From the human T2T-CHM13v2.0 reference genome, Homo sapiens, in NCBI RefSeq assembly GCF_009914755.1, contig NC_060935.1: DNA of 64,000 bases; one strand, written 5' to 3'. Below are positions 27,197 through 39,700 of the stretch, one piece after another. A model generated the notes under the pieces. It saw only the letters and a list, made by a program, of their open reading frames with translations. It ran no database searches and had not been told where the DNA came from. A program made the translations under genes and the position numbers. Within the stretch, counting starts at the first letter, position 1. Each line of letters opens with the position of its first letter.

Positions 27197-27460
27197 GTAG
27201 ATGGATCACCTGAGGTCAGGAGTTTGAGACCAGCCTGGCCAACATGGAGAAACCACGTCTCTACTAAAAATACAAAAATTAGCTGGGTGTAGTGGCATGT
27301 GCCTATAATCCCAGCTACTTGGGGGGCTGAGGTAGGAGGCACTTCAACCTGGAGGCGGAGGTTGCAGTGAGCTGAGATCACACCACTGTACTCCAGGCTA
27401 GGAGACAGAGCAAGACTCCGTCTCAGAAAAAAAAAAAAAAAGAAAAGAAAAGAAAATGAA
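27197..27460 (+). mobile_element. 5'-truncated AluS (Sx-like)
   Basis: ggatcacctgaggtcaggagtttgagaccagcctggcc...gcaagactccgtctc plus an A/GAAAA tail. Confidence 0.95.
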
Positions 27461-27874
27461 AGAACCAGTTTCCCTCAGTCTAGAAAGAGCCCAGGGCAGC
27501 ATATGACATTGTAAATGCTACTCATTTATATACCAATATATTAGATTATCTTAAGGAGCAAGACATATTTTTTTCCTCAAGGGAAAGAGAACATTTGAAA
27601 AGGAGACATATGGATTATTATGCGGATGAGATCAGGGAAAGAGAATATAATCAGCATTTATTGAATGGCTATTCTTCATAAGGTATTTCATGTGTTTGGA
27701 CAAGTTCATCCCTCCACCAAACAACCCTGTAAGGATATATTATTTCTTTACTCACCAAATGGTTAATGAACCTCAACTATATGTTAGGCTTCCACCGAGA
27801 ATACAGTTGTTAACAAACCCCATGAATTTCCTTCTCTCCAAAAGCTTACCTTCTTAAGGATATAATGATAATGC

Positions 27875-28125
27875 TAACGTTTATTAAATAAACATAATAC
27901 AGCTTCTTTTCTATGTGTTTTACATGCATTATTTCACTTAATTATTTTAAAACCTCACAAGGGAAGGAGTATTATCAGTCCCCAGTTTACATCTGAGGAA
28001 ACTAAGGCACAGACAGGAGAATTAGCTTGCCCTGTTCACATAGCTAGTAAACAACAGAACTCACATTCCAGCCTAACCCAAGGGGTCTAGTATCAGAGCT
28101 TGTGCATCGAACTGTAAACACCACT
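27875..28125 (-). mobile_element. MIR SINE
   Basis: cccagtttacatctgaggaaactaaggcacaga...cacatagctagtaa. Confidence 0.8.
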
Positions 28126-28416
28126 GTCTCTACAGCATGAAGACAGTGCAGATGAAGAGGGTGGATCTCATATGGTCAATGACTGGCTAAGGTGGGACTT
28201 GAGCCCTGTCTGACTTCAAAACCCAAGTTCTTTCATCAGGTTATGAATAGTTGTAGAAATACTGACTCACTGGAGCCAGATCAGATTGAGTTGGAATTAA
28301 TTTCTGTTTATATTAGTAAAGCTCTTCTATAAAGTTAACAAAGAACAACACACAATTTGAGGAACACTTATTTTATAGTAAAATGTTTTGAAACTGCACA
28401 TAATTATAATAATGTA

Positions 28417-28518
28417 TCCTTACCCCTCCCTCCCTCCCTTCCTTCCTTCCCTCCTGCCTCCCTACCCTGCTTCCCTCCCTCCCTCCCTCCTTCTCTCCCT
28501 CCCTTCCTTCCTTCTTCC
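28417..28518. repeat. (CCTT/CCCT)n pyrimidine microsatellite
   Basis: Read directly from the sequence. Confidence 0.9.
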
Positions 28519-31037
28519 CAGTTTGTGTTGACTGCGCTTCAACTATCTCAGACAGTGCTAAATGCTACATTCATAATGCAGATTCAAAGTTTCTTTAGAA
28601 CTGTGTTTTTTTGTTATCAAATGTTGTATAAGCAGATAATAACGTTTTTCACTATTCAGTGATTTAGTTAATATGTATTAAGCTTGAAACATTTTCTAGC
28701 ACATTCAGAGAAGATAATTCTGTTTCCACCAATGGCAGTTATTTTTAAGTTGGCAAATGTTACTTCACCCTGTCTTTTTCTATCTCTTGGATGTTTTAGA
28801 ATGCTTACAAGTCAGCACAACTTGGGTTGCTTTTCTTTTTTATTCTCAGAGAGGTTTTACCCTAGAGGGAAGGGCAGGGCCAGGCATTCCGGAGCTGGGA
28901 TTTCCAGTGTATGTTTCTTCAGCTGGTCCTGTCGCTGATGAGTGTGGAGCAGCAGAGCGGCCAGCCTGAATCAAGGGTCTACTGTATTTTAGCTCTTATT
29001 GTATTTGCACACTCAAGTAGACTGATCAATGGAGAGGGTCTCTCATCCAGCATGGGGGTGGGGTGAATTGGAAAAACAAAGACCCATGAAGTGAAGATGG
29101 AATGATGCTCTTACATTGTGAACCTATATTTATTGAGAGCTGAGTGTGAGGCACTGTCTATGAGGCATTTCCTCACAGACAAGGAAGCATCTCTGTTGTG
29201 GCATCAGCAATCCCAGAGAGGAGAAAAGCCACGAACACATAATGTCATGTAAGAATGCGAGGAAGGTTTGGTGAGCATACCCCACTCACTCTACTAGCAC
29301 TTCCGGGAAGATCTGAAATAGCATGAGGATTCTCATCACAGACTTGCATTGACAACTTTAATCAACATAAAACAACATCAGTCCCACAGCTGTTACATAT
29401 GACTTCCCAGACCTGTGAGGATTTCCCATCTTGCTCAGGATGGCTGAGAACCTGGAAAGTTCTTCCACTCTCATGTCTGTCCCTGAGGTGTGCCTTTCTG
29501 AGGACCTTGCTATGATTTTCCCCTCCGTCTGGAAACCCACAGCTACTCAGAGTGGTCATCTGTCTGAGCCACTTGTAATAGGTCACACCACCTACTCACA
29601 AATTCTACAGATCAGACACAGAAGACAAGTTGGCCACATATCAGGAGAACACAAAAATGGAATTTTATTTTATAACTATGAGTACTTTTCCTAAATCTGA
29701 GCCCTCAGGTCTGCCTAGAGCAAATAACTTATTTTATGCTATTTATGTACCTTCAATCCAGTTAAGTGCATTTATCCAGTCTAATTAGGCTACTGCTGTT
29801 ATAACTCAGTCATTGTTCAGGTTCCCCAAGACCAGTTCATCTCTTTCTCAGTCACTATTCAGGTCAAAGCTCTCTCTGTGTGAGCTTGCCCTCCTCCTCC
29901 CCATTCTGAGCTGCACAGAAGCCAATCCATGGCTGCAGTAAGTCCAGGCAAAGCCATGCTAGGGCTGGTTGGGACTTGGTAATGAAACATGGAACCTACA
30001 GGAGAGGAAGGAGTCAGAAGTGGCACTTAGACTTGTATCCCGTGTGGTCTGGGAAATGATGTTTCCATTAATAAACACAAAAGGAAGGCATGGAAAACAC
30101 ATAGGAGAGAAAAAGAGCTGGTTTATAAAATGGAAACATACAATATGTTCATTTTGGGGCATAGTGAGTTTCAAGTATGGGCCAGACACTCTGGTAGAAC
30201 AGCAGGTCTGAACGTCAGAAAAAGATGGGAAATACAGATTTGGATGCCTCTGCATAAAGGGGTGGGTGGATGCTATTGGAGTTGAGGAGATCATAGAGAA
30301 GATGAGAAAGTCAAGTGAAACCTGTGAGTGGCACCCCCATTGGGGAAGGAAGGAAGGATTGGAGGGGCACAGGAGGCACCAGGGTTGCACTAGGCCACTG
30401 AAGACAGGGGAGAGAATTTCAGAATGTCCAGACCAATTGTTAAAGTGGACATTGTGGTATGAATTGAGTGGAAGAACAAAGAAGCTACTACAAAATCCAC
30501 GTAAATGAACAACAGCAAAGAGAGTCTGGAAAGACACTTGTGACATAGATGTCTCTGTGTGTATCCACATAGATTATATGGCCACAAACAAAGTGAACCT
30601 GAAGTAACCACGCAGATGGAAATAAAGAGTGACACAAGCCCACAGGCCTGTCATTAAGGCTTGGTGTGATGGTCCACATGCCCGGGACATGGCCAGGAAG
30701 AGGACACTTTGTTCAGAAGAGCTACAGCTCATGGACAGGACAAGGAAGACGACAACAAAGACAGAAGATTTACCCTGATATATGAGCACAGATCTCAAGG
30801 TTGAAGATTCATAGAGAGCATTTAGAAAGGATAAAAACATCCTGTAATGCAGAGGTATGACTGCCATAGAATGATTCTATAGAAGGCCTGGTTAGAAGAA
30901 ACAGAAACACAGAGACAATGATTTGCTTGTATATGCCACAGATCTGGCATACTGTAAGATATCATGAGGGGTAGGCAGAAGGGTTTCAATTCTGTTGACC
31001 TCTGCTCCTACATTTAGCTTATTAAAAATTTATTTAG

Positions 31038-31211
31038 CTAGTTTATTAGGGATGGACGGGAGAATTGCGTAGGCGAATAGGAAGTATCATTTGGGTTTGA
31101 TGTGGGGTGGAGTGTTTAGGGGGTTAGCTAGGGTATAGTTGTCTGGGTCACTTAGGAGGTCTGGTGAGAATAGTACTAGTGTTATTAGGGTGAGAAGAGA
31201 AAGGAATAGGA
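31038..31211 (-). pseudogene. MT-CYB: NUMT: nuclear copy of a mitochondrial cytochrome b fragment
   Basis: Minus strand in the vertebrate mitochondrial code reads [57 protein letters not shown], matching cytochrome b around the PEWY motif. Confidence 0.97.
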
Positions 31212-31289
31212 CCTGAAAATTTCACTTCTTAGAGACAGAGAAATAAGTTTAAGTTACTCTTAGTCTGAGTTTAACTCCTACCCACAAAG

Positions 31290-31700
31290 CTTTCATTGGC
31301 TGGTCAACCTCCCTTTGGCAATTACCTCTCCCCATCTCAGTCCACGCAGTTTAAGTATCCTGGTCCCTCTTCCTGGATCTTGGTTGGGCCCGTTAGAACT
31401 GATCTTGAGACATTTGCTGGAATGATCTGTGACGAGAAACCCTCACTTTCTGCAGGACTTAGAACTCTGTGTATTATCACCTTTGAAAAATCTGCCTGGG
31501 AATGAATTCAATGTAGAAAAGCAGACCTTAGATGCAGACATATTTCTGATCACGTAATTTGAACATGTTGATCAAGCCTTCATTTCACAAACCATAAAGT
31601 AGCTGGGATTTTTCAATTAAATGAGTCAATAAATATTTTTCTACTAAGGCCAGTTTGAATGACTATTCTTGTTATTTGTAAATGAATGACACCTAAATAT
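31290..31700 (+). mobile_element. Old MLT1 MaLR LTR fragment
   Basis: 3' end tgagtcaataaatatttttctactaaggccagtttgaatg...ttgttatttgtaa is typical of older MLT1 LTRs. Confidence 0.55.
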
Positions 31701-32854
31701 TATAACTTTTTACTTGGTCTTCCTGATTTTAATTTTCTACCCCATCTTCTACTACAAGGTTGCCAGTGGTTTCTTCCTAAATCATAACTGTGACAACATC
31801 ATTGCCTTACTTAAACACCTCTCCAGACTTCTCAATAACTACTGAATCAAGGTCAGGCTTTCTTAGATGTTATATAAAGTCTGTTATCATCTGGTCTCAG
31901 ACTCCTCATCTCTTGGCACTTCCTTCCACCTCTTAAATTCTAGTTTAAATGACTTTACTCTTTCATTTTGAAAAGTTTTATTGTTTTTGTAAACTCATTT
32001 GTTTCATCATGTTATTTTGATATTTTATTTTGGTAGTTTGTTTTAGCCTATAGTTTGTAATTTTGTATTGTGTGCTCATTTTCAGCAGGGGTGTTTTTCT
32101 CTGTGAGAGCCCCATATAAGCTGGGGCTTCCTTCAAAATATGCTTCCATATATGCTTCCTTATATATGCTTCCTTCAAAATAGTTGTATGTTGGCTTCTG
32201 CCAGTGTTTTGGGGGATTTCGGCCTAGGACAAGCTTTTATGCTAACTTATTTGCTTGGGGGTATGGCACAATGAGGAGGATTATCAGTTTGCACTGCACC
32301 TATTCATGACACCCAGAATTCTCCTTGGGGATGACTCTTTTCCACCTGTGCACTGTCTTGGTGGGCAGAAAGTTTTCTTTTTCCTTCCTTTGGCTGGTGG
32401 GTAGAGTTTTATTAGTTTTCTTTTCACAGTCAGGGAAGCCCTTTGAGGCTCAGGTTTTATGAAGGGGTTTCTGTCCAAGATCCTCTCCACTTGGGTGGGC
32501 CCAAGGCCATGTTCCCTGTTCTTTCTTAGGTATTAAAGCCCTAGACCTCATTCCCTAGGGCAAATAATGTTTGTTTACTACCCCTAGAGCTGTAGCAGTG
32601 TCAGAGCCTCTTAATTCTCCAGCTTTGAGCTCCTTCATTTTTGGCACACGGAGTTCTCTTTCTTTTTTTAAAACATGACTATTCCTTTGAAGTTTTTTTT
32701 TTTCCTGGAGTTTGCACATTTGACTATTAGTCATTTTTTTTTTTCAATTTGTTTGCAGCTGGAGGAGGATTCTGACTTGTAAGTTCTTTTTGCCATATCC
32801 CACATCTTTAGCCAGGTCATATTGCTCACCATTTCCTTAATGTGCTATTGCAAC

Positions 32855-33200
32855 TATTTATTCATTTATTCCACCAATGTTTCTTGTGTGTGTAGTTTCA
32901 GTGCACTGTTCTAGATAATGCAACATTGAAAAAAAGACAAAAAGATTTCTGAGCTCATGAAGCTTACCTTCAGACAGCAGGATACAGATAAGTAATAAAT
33001 ATAATAAATAAGTAAATTACATAGTGTGTTGGAAGATAGTGAGTCATATGGAAAAATATAAAAAGCAGACCATAGTAAGGTATATCCAGGCTGGGGGTAG
33101 AGGCAAGTTGAACTATTAAGAAGGGTGGCCAGTGTAGTATCCATTGAGAAGGTATTTTTGAGGTAATTGTGATATTTGAATGAAGACTTGAAGGAGCTGA
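32855..33200 (-). mobile_element. L2 3' end
   Basis: ttattcatttattccacc...gcactgttctaga...ctcatgaagcttaccttc. Confidence 0.75.
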
Positions 33201-33829
33201 CCTACTGTCTGTCATATATATCATTTACTCTACCGTAACCAAAGTGGTAGCCCTAGGAGAATCTGCACGAGTGAATGTGCTGTAGAGGTAGAACTGTCAG
33301 GATTTGCCAGTGAAGAAATGGGGACAGTCTAGAATGCATGAGAGGTAAAAAAATTGATGTTGTTACAAGTGAGATAGGAGATGGAGGAAGTTGATCTCGT
33401 TCTAAGGGAAAGATAATGAGCTCCTTGATTCTTCAGGGAAAGCAAAGTTTATCCTGGAACTTCGGTCATAAAGGCAATTCTGTAGGTGTTCTTCATGTAG
33501 AGTACAATAATTTATGTGTGGGATATGTCTTCAATTTTTTTCAATCAATGTATAGTAGGTTTTTAAATAGATTGCCTCCTGTATAAGATGAAAATATGAT
33601 AGAAATGATGTTAATGTAATTTTGCAAGGGTCCAAAACCATGTCATTCAAGTAATTTGCCTTTGGATTAGCACTCTTGATCTAGAGATTAATTTAAGAGT
33701 ACTTAGGCTTTAGACCCGGCTGTATAGAGTGACTTCAGTTATGTCAACTAATGTTGCTCTGATTTCCTCCCATTCTTCTTTTACCATCATTTAACTTTCC
33801 ACCTGGTTGTCTCTCTGGAGCCCCATTGG

Positions 33830-34600
33830 CTAAGTATTATCCATTTTCACATAGCAACCTTTAAGTATTTGAAGTAGTTACCATAATTCCCCCAGTCTTT
33901 TCTTCTCCTGTGTAAATGATCCTAGTCCTTTCAACTGTTCTTAATATGAACCATGTCATGTTTTTCAGAGCCATCCCCAGCCCCACCACACTGTGCACCT
34001 TCTTGTAAAGACATTCCATTGTGTCAATGTTTGTCTTAAATCTCCAAGTTGTGGTCTGACAACACAGAATACAGTGTTTATATTGCTATTAATAGACTAA
34101 TGCAGTCCAAGATTATATTAATGTTTCAATTAACATTAACATACCATTTTCACATGAACAGCTACTGTATCTGTGTCTGCTATCCTATTAACAGTGAAGA
34201 AGTTTAGAACTAAGGACAGAATTCTTTCATCTACTACGAGAAGCCTCCAAACACTTTGTGGATATAGTTGTTCAATAAGCAATGTATCTTCCAAACCTCC
34301 CTATTATTCAGGTCACATTTCTTTATCTTGATTGCAAAAATATATGAAAGACTTTCTCAAATGCTTCAGCTAATCAAGAAACATTATGTCATTCCCTCAA
34401 TCTATTGGAATCGTTTCAACAACACAAATAGAACAATTTTCTGAGACCCTTTCTTCATAATCCATGCTGACTTCATGGAACAATTCTTTCTTTTCTAAAA
34501 GCTCACATACCACATACTTTAAAATTTATTCTAGATTTGGATTCAAATTGATGTCATATTGAATGATCTATAGTTTTTGGAATTTATTTCTCTTCTTTTT
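33830..34600 (-). mobile_element. L3/CR1 fragment
   Basis: cccccagtcttttcttctcc...aaatgatcctagtcctttcaactgttc; ctccaagttgtggtctgacaa. Confidence 0.6.
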
Positions 34601-34773
34601 GTGACTTCTAAAATAAAATTGTCTATGTCTCACCATTGTCCATTACCACTGGCGCAGGGGGAAGAACAATGCACCAGCAATCAAGAGGTCATGGTTTCAG
34701 ACCAGATTTGCTCTTAGCTAGTTGTGTAACCTTGAGCAACTTGCTTGACTTGTTTGTAAAAATTAAGGGTTTG

Positions 34774-35092
34774 GGCCAGGCATCATGGCTTATGCCTGTA
34801 ATCCTAGCACTTTGGGAGGCTGAGGCAGGCAGATCACTTGAGGCCAGGAGTTCAAGACCAGCCTGGCCAACATGGCTAAACTCCCCATCTCTACTAAAAA
34901 TACAAACATTAGCTTGGCATGGTGGTGCGTGCCTGTAATCCCAGCTACTAGGGAGGGTGAGGCAAGAGAATCACTTGAATCCAGGAAGCGAAGGTTGGAG
35001 TGAGCCAAGATTGCACCAGTGCAACTCCAGTCTGGGTGACAGAGAGAAACTCTGTCTTGAAACAACAATGACAACAACAAAAATTCACACAC
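34774..35092 (+). mobile_element. Full-length old Alu (AluJ/early S) inserted in a MIR
   Basis: gatcacttgaggccaggagttcaagacc, CAA-rich tail, TSD attaagg(g/a)tttg at 34762-34773 and 35093-35104. Confidence 0.95.
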
Positions 35093-35724
35093 ATTAAGGA
35101 TTTGGACTATGACCTCTAAGTGCTTCCTGCTCAGTTTCTTTAATATGTTTTTCCTTTTGCTAACATACTACCCATATTCTTCTGACTTCAATATACAGTG
35201 TTAGAGTGAATTGCTTCACCTTACTAATAACAGATGTGCCACACTATAAGGCAGTCAATATCCAGGTTTACTGGATTCCTCTCATTCTTTTTCTTAAAAC
35301 AAAATGTTATGGAAATATAACTCACATATCATAAAATTCACCCATGTTAAGTATACCATTCAATAGTTTTTGGTATTGTCACAGAGTTGTGTAATAAGAA
35401 CCACAAGCCAAGTTTAGATCACTTTCAACTCTTGTTCTTTATTGAACTTGAACATAGTTCACTCAGAAGCCCATGTGTGCTGGAGTGATAGACTAAGATT
35501 CCGGGTTCAAAATCTTCTTTCAATTGTTTCTCCCATCCTAGGTTGGGTTGCCTCATTCAGAAGCACAGCTGGCACTTAGAACAGCTCTGGCTTACTTCAT
35601 ATGAATGAAAGCTTTTGGAAATGCCTACCAGCCTCTTCATGGGTCTACTGAATTCTTATTTGTTATATTTTCCCAAGATGATATAAATTACATGACTGTT
35701 GCAGTAGCCTAAAGAAATGGAAAC

Positions 35725-36306
35725 TTCCTCAATGATCTAGAACTAGAAATACCATTTGACCCAGCCATCCTATTACTGGATATATACCCAAAGGATTATA
35801 AATCATGCTGCTATAAAGACACATGCTCACGTATGTTTATTGCAGCACTATTCACGATAGCAAAGACTTGGAACCAACCCAAATGTCCATCAATGATAGA
35901 CTGGATTAAGAAAATGTGGCACATATACACCATGGAATACTATGCAGCCATAAAAAGGGATGAGTTCATGTCCTTTGTAGGGACATGGATGAAGCTGGAA
36001 ACCATCATTCTGAGCAAACTGTTGCAAGGACAGAAAAGCAAACACTGCATGTTCTCACTCATAGGTGGGAATTGAACAATTGAACTTGGACACAGGATGG
36101 GGAACATCACACACTGGGGTCTGTTGTGGGGTAGGGAGAGGGGGGAGGGATAGCATTAGAGATATACCTAATGCAAATGACGAGTTAATGGGTGCAGCAC
36201 ACCAACATGGCACATGTATACGTATATAACAAACCTGAACGTTGTGCACATGTACCCTAGAACTTAAAGTATAATAATAATAAATAAATTTTAAAAAAAG
36301 AAAAAA
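35725..36306 (+). mobile_element. 5'-truncated L1PA (L1PA4-6-like): ORF2 C-terminus plus 3'UTR
   Basis: ORF MFIAALFTIAKTWNQPKCPSMIDWIKKMWHIYTMEYYAAIK, G-rich 3'UTR, A tail. TSD aaagaaatggaa at 35711-35722 and 36307-36318. Confidence 0.97.
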
Positions 36307-37194
36307 AAAGAAATGGAATCTTGGTAGCATAACCACTTTCCCTCAATCTTCAAATGAAACACACTTAAGTCTCTCAATTTATGAACAAATATTTCTTGAA
36401 CCTACTACATACCAGGTTCTGGAGATTTATAGGTGAATAGGATGGGCAATGGTCAGATGTTGTAACACTGACAGTCTGATGGGGGAAGACAAGTAGGAAA
36501 TAATGATAAAACAATATAATTTCAGATAGAGATAAGCATTGTGAAGTACATTAAACAAGGGGGCATAAGTTACTGAACAAGTGTCATTCAATTATAGAGT
36601 TCAGAAACATTTTCATATCCATTATCTCAGTCGGTCTTTACAACCTCTGCAACATATAAAGGGCATATTTTATTAGAATTCCCATTTGAAAGATGAAAAA
36701 CTGAGGTGCAAAAATAATTGAGTAACTCAAAGAAAGTCATACAGCTAGTGACTGAGAGAGCCAGGATTTGCTTCCAGTTGTCTGATTCCAAACCAGGGTG
36801 CTTTCCACCATGTTATTCAGAAAACAGAAATGGCTGTGCAAATTATGGTGTGTCTATCTCATGGAATATCATGTCATCATTAGAAGCGATGATTATGGAG
36901 ACTCATGCTTATGATATAACATTAGGGTAAAATACAAAATACAAAATTACATATGTAACATGTAAAAATAAAAATGCCTATGTGGATGAGGACTGGAAAG
37001 TGATACACAGACTTGAAAACAGTGTTTGCACTAGGGGTGTCTCATTTTCTGGTTTTCCTAAATTTTAATTAAAATCATAGTTTGCTCCCAAGATAAAATG
37101 AAAATAGTGGGTGAAAATTATTTTGGTAATTTGACAACAGCACATACTAGTAAATTGTAGTTTCTTCAAAGGTCAACTATATACAAAATACATG

Positions 37195-37197
<3 letters not shown>

Positions 37198-37231
<34 letters not shown>

Positions 37232-37240
37232 ATATATATA
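37198..37240. repeat. (CA)n/(TA)n microsatellite
   Basis: Read directly from the sequence. Confidence 0.95.
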
Positions 37241-37569
37241 GTCACCATAACAGTTGTAGGAGTAACAAAAACATATGTTGAAAATGAAGTTCGTAGAAGG
37301 AAAAGGATCAGTTACCTGACCTTTAAAAGGAGAGAGCTTAGGAAAGGCCAGTCTCATGATAGAGAAATCACCTAAATCAGAAAGGAAACACTGAAAGGCT
37401 GTCTTCTATCTTGCAAGCAAAGGAATACGAATGGGAGAGCCTGTCGGTGCATGGAATATGCCTGTCTCTTGAGAAACACTAGAGGCTACTCAATTGCTCT
37501 GAGTCCATAGAACAAAAGACTTTTCAACTAATGACTCCCAGCTGGCCTCACTGGCAAAACTGAGTGTAA

Positions 37570-38030
37570 TGTGTAAGTCAGAGTTTGGACAGGACACAAA
37601 TAATGGCACACACATTGAGTAATTTGCAGAGCCTTGAATAGAAGGACCGTGTTCAAAGGTGGGGTATACATAGGGAAACCCCAGAAAGTGGATGCTGCAG
37701 TAGCCTGAGGCTAGTCACAATGGGACCTGGCTATCACCCCCAGGCTGAAGGGCCAGGAGTCTGTGAGGAGAAGGCTGCCCTGCAGAAGGAGATGTGAACT
37801 ATGCCCTCCCCAGGAAGGAGTTGAGGGATTAAATAACTTCGCTTCCCACCCCTGTCAGCTTCCTCTCTCTTACCAATGTTTCCTGATGGGGGAACTCTAC
37901 AGGAAGCAAGAGGGAAAGAGAGCTCTTTGGCGAAATCCTTGCAGGTCAGTCTTCCAGGGCGCAGAACAGGATGGAACAGCAGGGAGAGTGGATTGGAGGG
38001 AGCATAGGAAAGGTGGCAGTGCAAAGGAAG
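37570..38030 (-). mobile_element. ERVL solo LTR (LTR33-like)
   Basis: Same family signature as 16096-16730 (tgtgtaagtcagag...atggcacacac...gagtaatttg...caaaggtgggg). Confidence 0.55.
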
Positions 38031-38111
38031 TTGTATCTTTTTTATTTTTTTCTTGAGATGGAGTATCACTCTGTCACCTAGGCTGGAGTGCAGCAGTGAA
38101 GGAAGTTGTAT

Positions 38112-38277
38112 CTTTTTTTTTTTTCTTGAGATGGAGTCTCACTTTGTCACCCAGGCTGGAGTGCGGTGGCATGATCTCAGCTCACTGCAACCTCCACCTC
38201 CCAGGTTCAAGGGATTTTCTTGCCTCAGAGAAGCTGGGACTACAGGGCATGCACCACCACGCCCAGCTGATATATAT

Positions 38278-38331
<54 letters not shown>

Positions 38332-38438
38332 CTTCATCATGTTGCCCAGGCTTGTCTCAAACTCCTATGCTCTAGCAATCTGACCGCCTTGGCCTCCCAA
38401 AGTGCTGGGATTACAGGTGTGAGCCACCACAGCTGGCC
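38112..38438 (-). mobile_element. AluJ-like element whose linker has expanded into (TA)n(GA)n, with its 3' end duplicated upstream
   Basis: Both Alu arms present; (GA)n at ~38282-38326; TSD gaa(g/a)ttgtat at 38102-38111 and 38440-38449. Confidence 0.93.
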
Positions 38439-38959
38439 AGAAATTGTATGTTGGCTCATCCTGTCTTCACAAATGCTCTCTTCCTCCACTTCCCCCTACT
38501 TCCCACTCCTAGGTCCTTGGTGGTGCAGAAGGAAAAGCAAGAATGGCAATGGTCTAGAGTCCAATACTCAAAAGAGTCAAAATCTCCTAGTCCTTTAACA
38601 TGTAAGGGACTTCATTTTGAATCTGTCAACTTCATGGGCTAGTAAAGAGCCCGGCACTGGAGCCAGATGATCTGAGTTCAAATCTTGCCTCTGCAACTTA
38701 CTATGTGACTCTGTGGCAACATTTGTTTTCTTTTTTTTTCACCTGTCATTTAATTTCACTTTATAAAAAGTGCTTGAAGAGTAAATAACAAGTATTCACA
38801 GTTTGTGTCTGTAAATGGGGATTACAGAATTTATGTCTTGATTTTGTTGTGAGAATCAAGATAAAACATACGAAAGGGCTTCAAAGATTATAGAGCACTA
38901 TATAAAGACACCAATACCGTATGTTTTTCTACTTTCTTTTGTATCCCTTCCTCTCTCCT

Positions 38960-39700
38960 TTCCTCTTTCATCCATTGGGAAATAATTCTTGAGCTGACCT
39001 GGGCACTGAGGAGCCAGTGAGCTACAAGAAAATAAGATCCTTACTTTCCTGGAACTCACATCCAATATGGGGATACACAGATGATCAGCAAACAACCAAA
39101 CCAATGTAGAGGTGGTGCCCAGCGGTGATAGGTGCCATGAAGAAATCAGAATAAGGAACTGGGTTAGAAAGTGATTGTGAGCACTTCAGTATGGAAAAGA
39201 CTTAGTGTGGTCAGGGTCCGTCTGCCAGTGGGAGAGATTTGAGCTGAGATAGGAAGGATAAGGAAGATTCCGACACAGGAAGACTGATGGCTGTGGGGGT
39301 ATGGAATGGGTGTGCGGAAGGATTTAGGCCAAAAGAACAGAAGTACAAAGGTTCTAACACAGGAGCAAACTTGCTGTGTTCAGGGAACAGGGAGGAGGCC
39401 AGTGTCTTTGGAGCCTGGTAAGGGATGAGGTTGGAGATGTGGTCAGGAACCTCAATTGTAAGGTGGTAAGTAAAGGCATTTCATTGTCTGAATTCATTTT
39501 TTAAATTGTGGTTCAGTGCTGTCAAAGCGGGTTCGAGGATTGAGATGGCACAGGGAAGGCATCTAGCACTGGAAATGCGATCGCTGTTTTGACGAGAGAG
39601 CCAATGCGGAGAGCTGAGACAATAGGTGATGTGCTGCCCAAGCAGGGGGCACTGGAACCAGGCCTTGAAAAAGGGGAAAGTGACATATGCAGAAAGTTGG
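38960..39700 (-). mobile_element. L2 fragment
   Basis: agtacaaaggttctaacacaggagcaaacttgctgtgttcagggaacagggaggaggccagtgt. Confidence 0.7.

Noticed and set aside
29959-30570. 203-aa ORF
   Set aside because: Lies over decayed L2-like sequence, with no recognisable domain or exon structure
38053-38598. 181-aa ORF with an ER repeat
   Set aside because: Antisense Alu read-through plus a (GA)n tract
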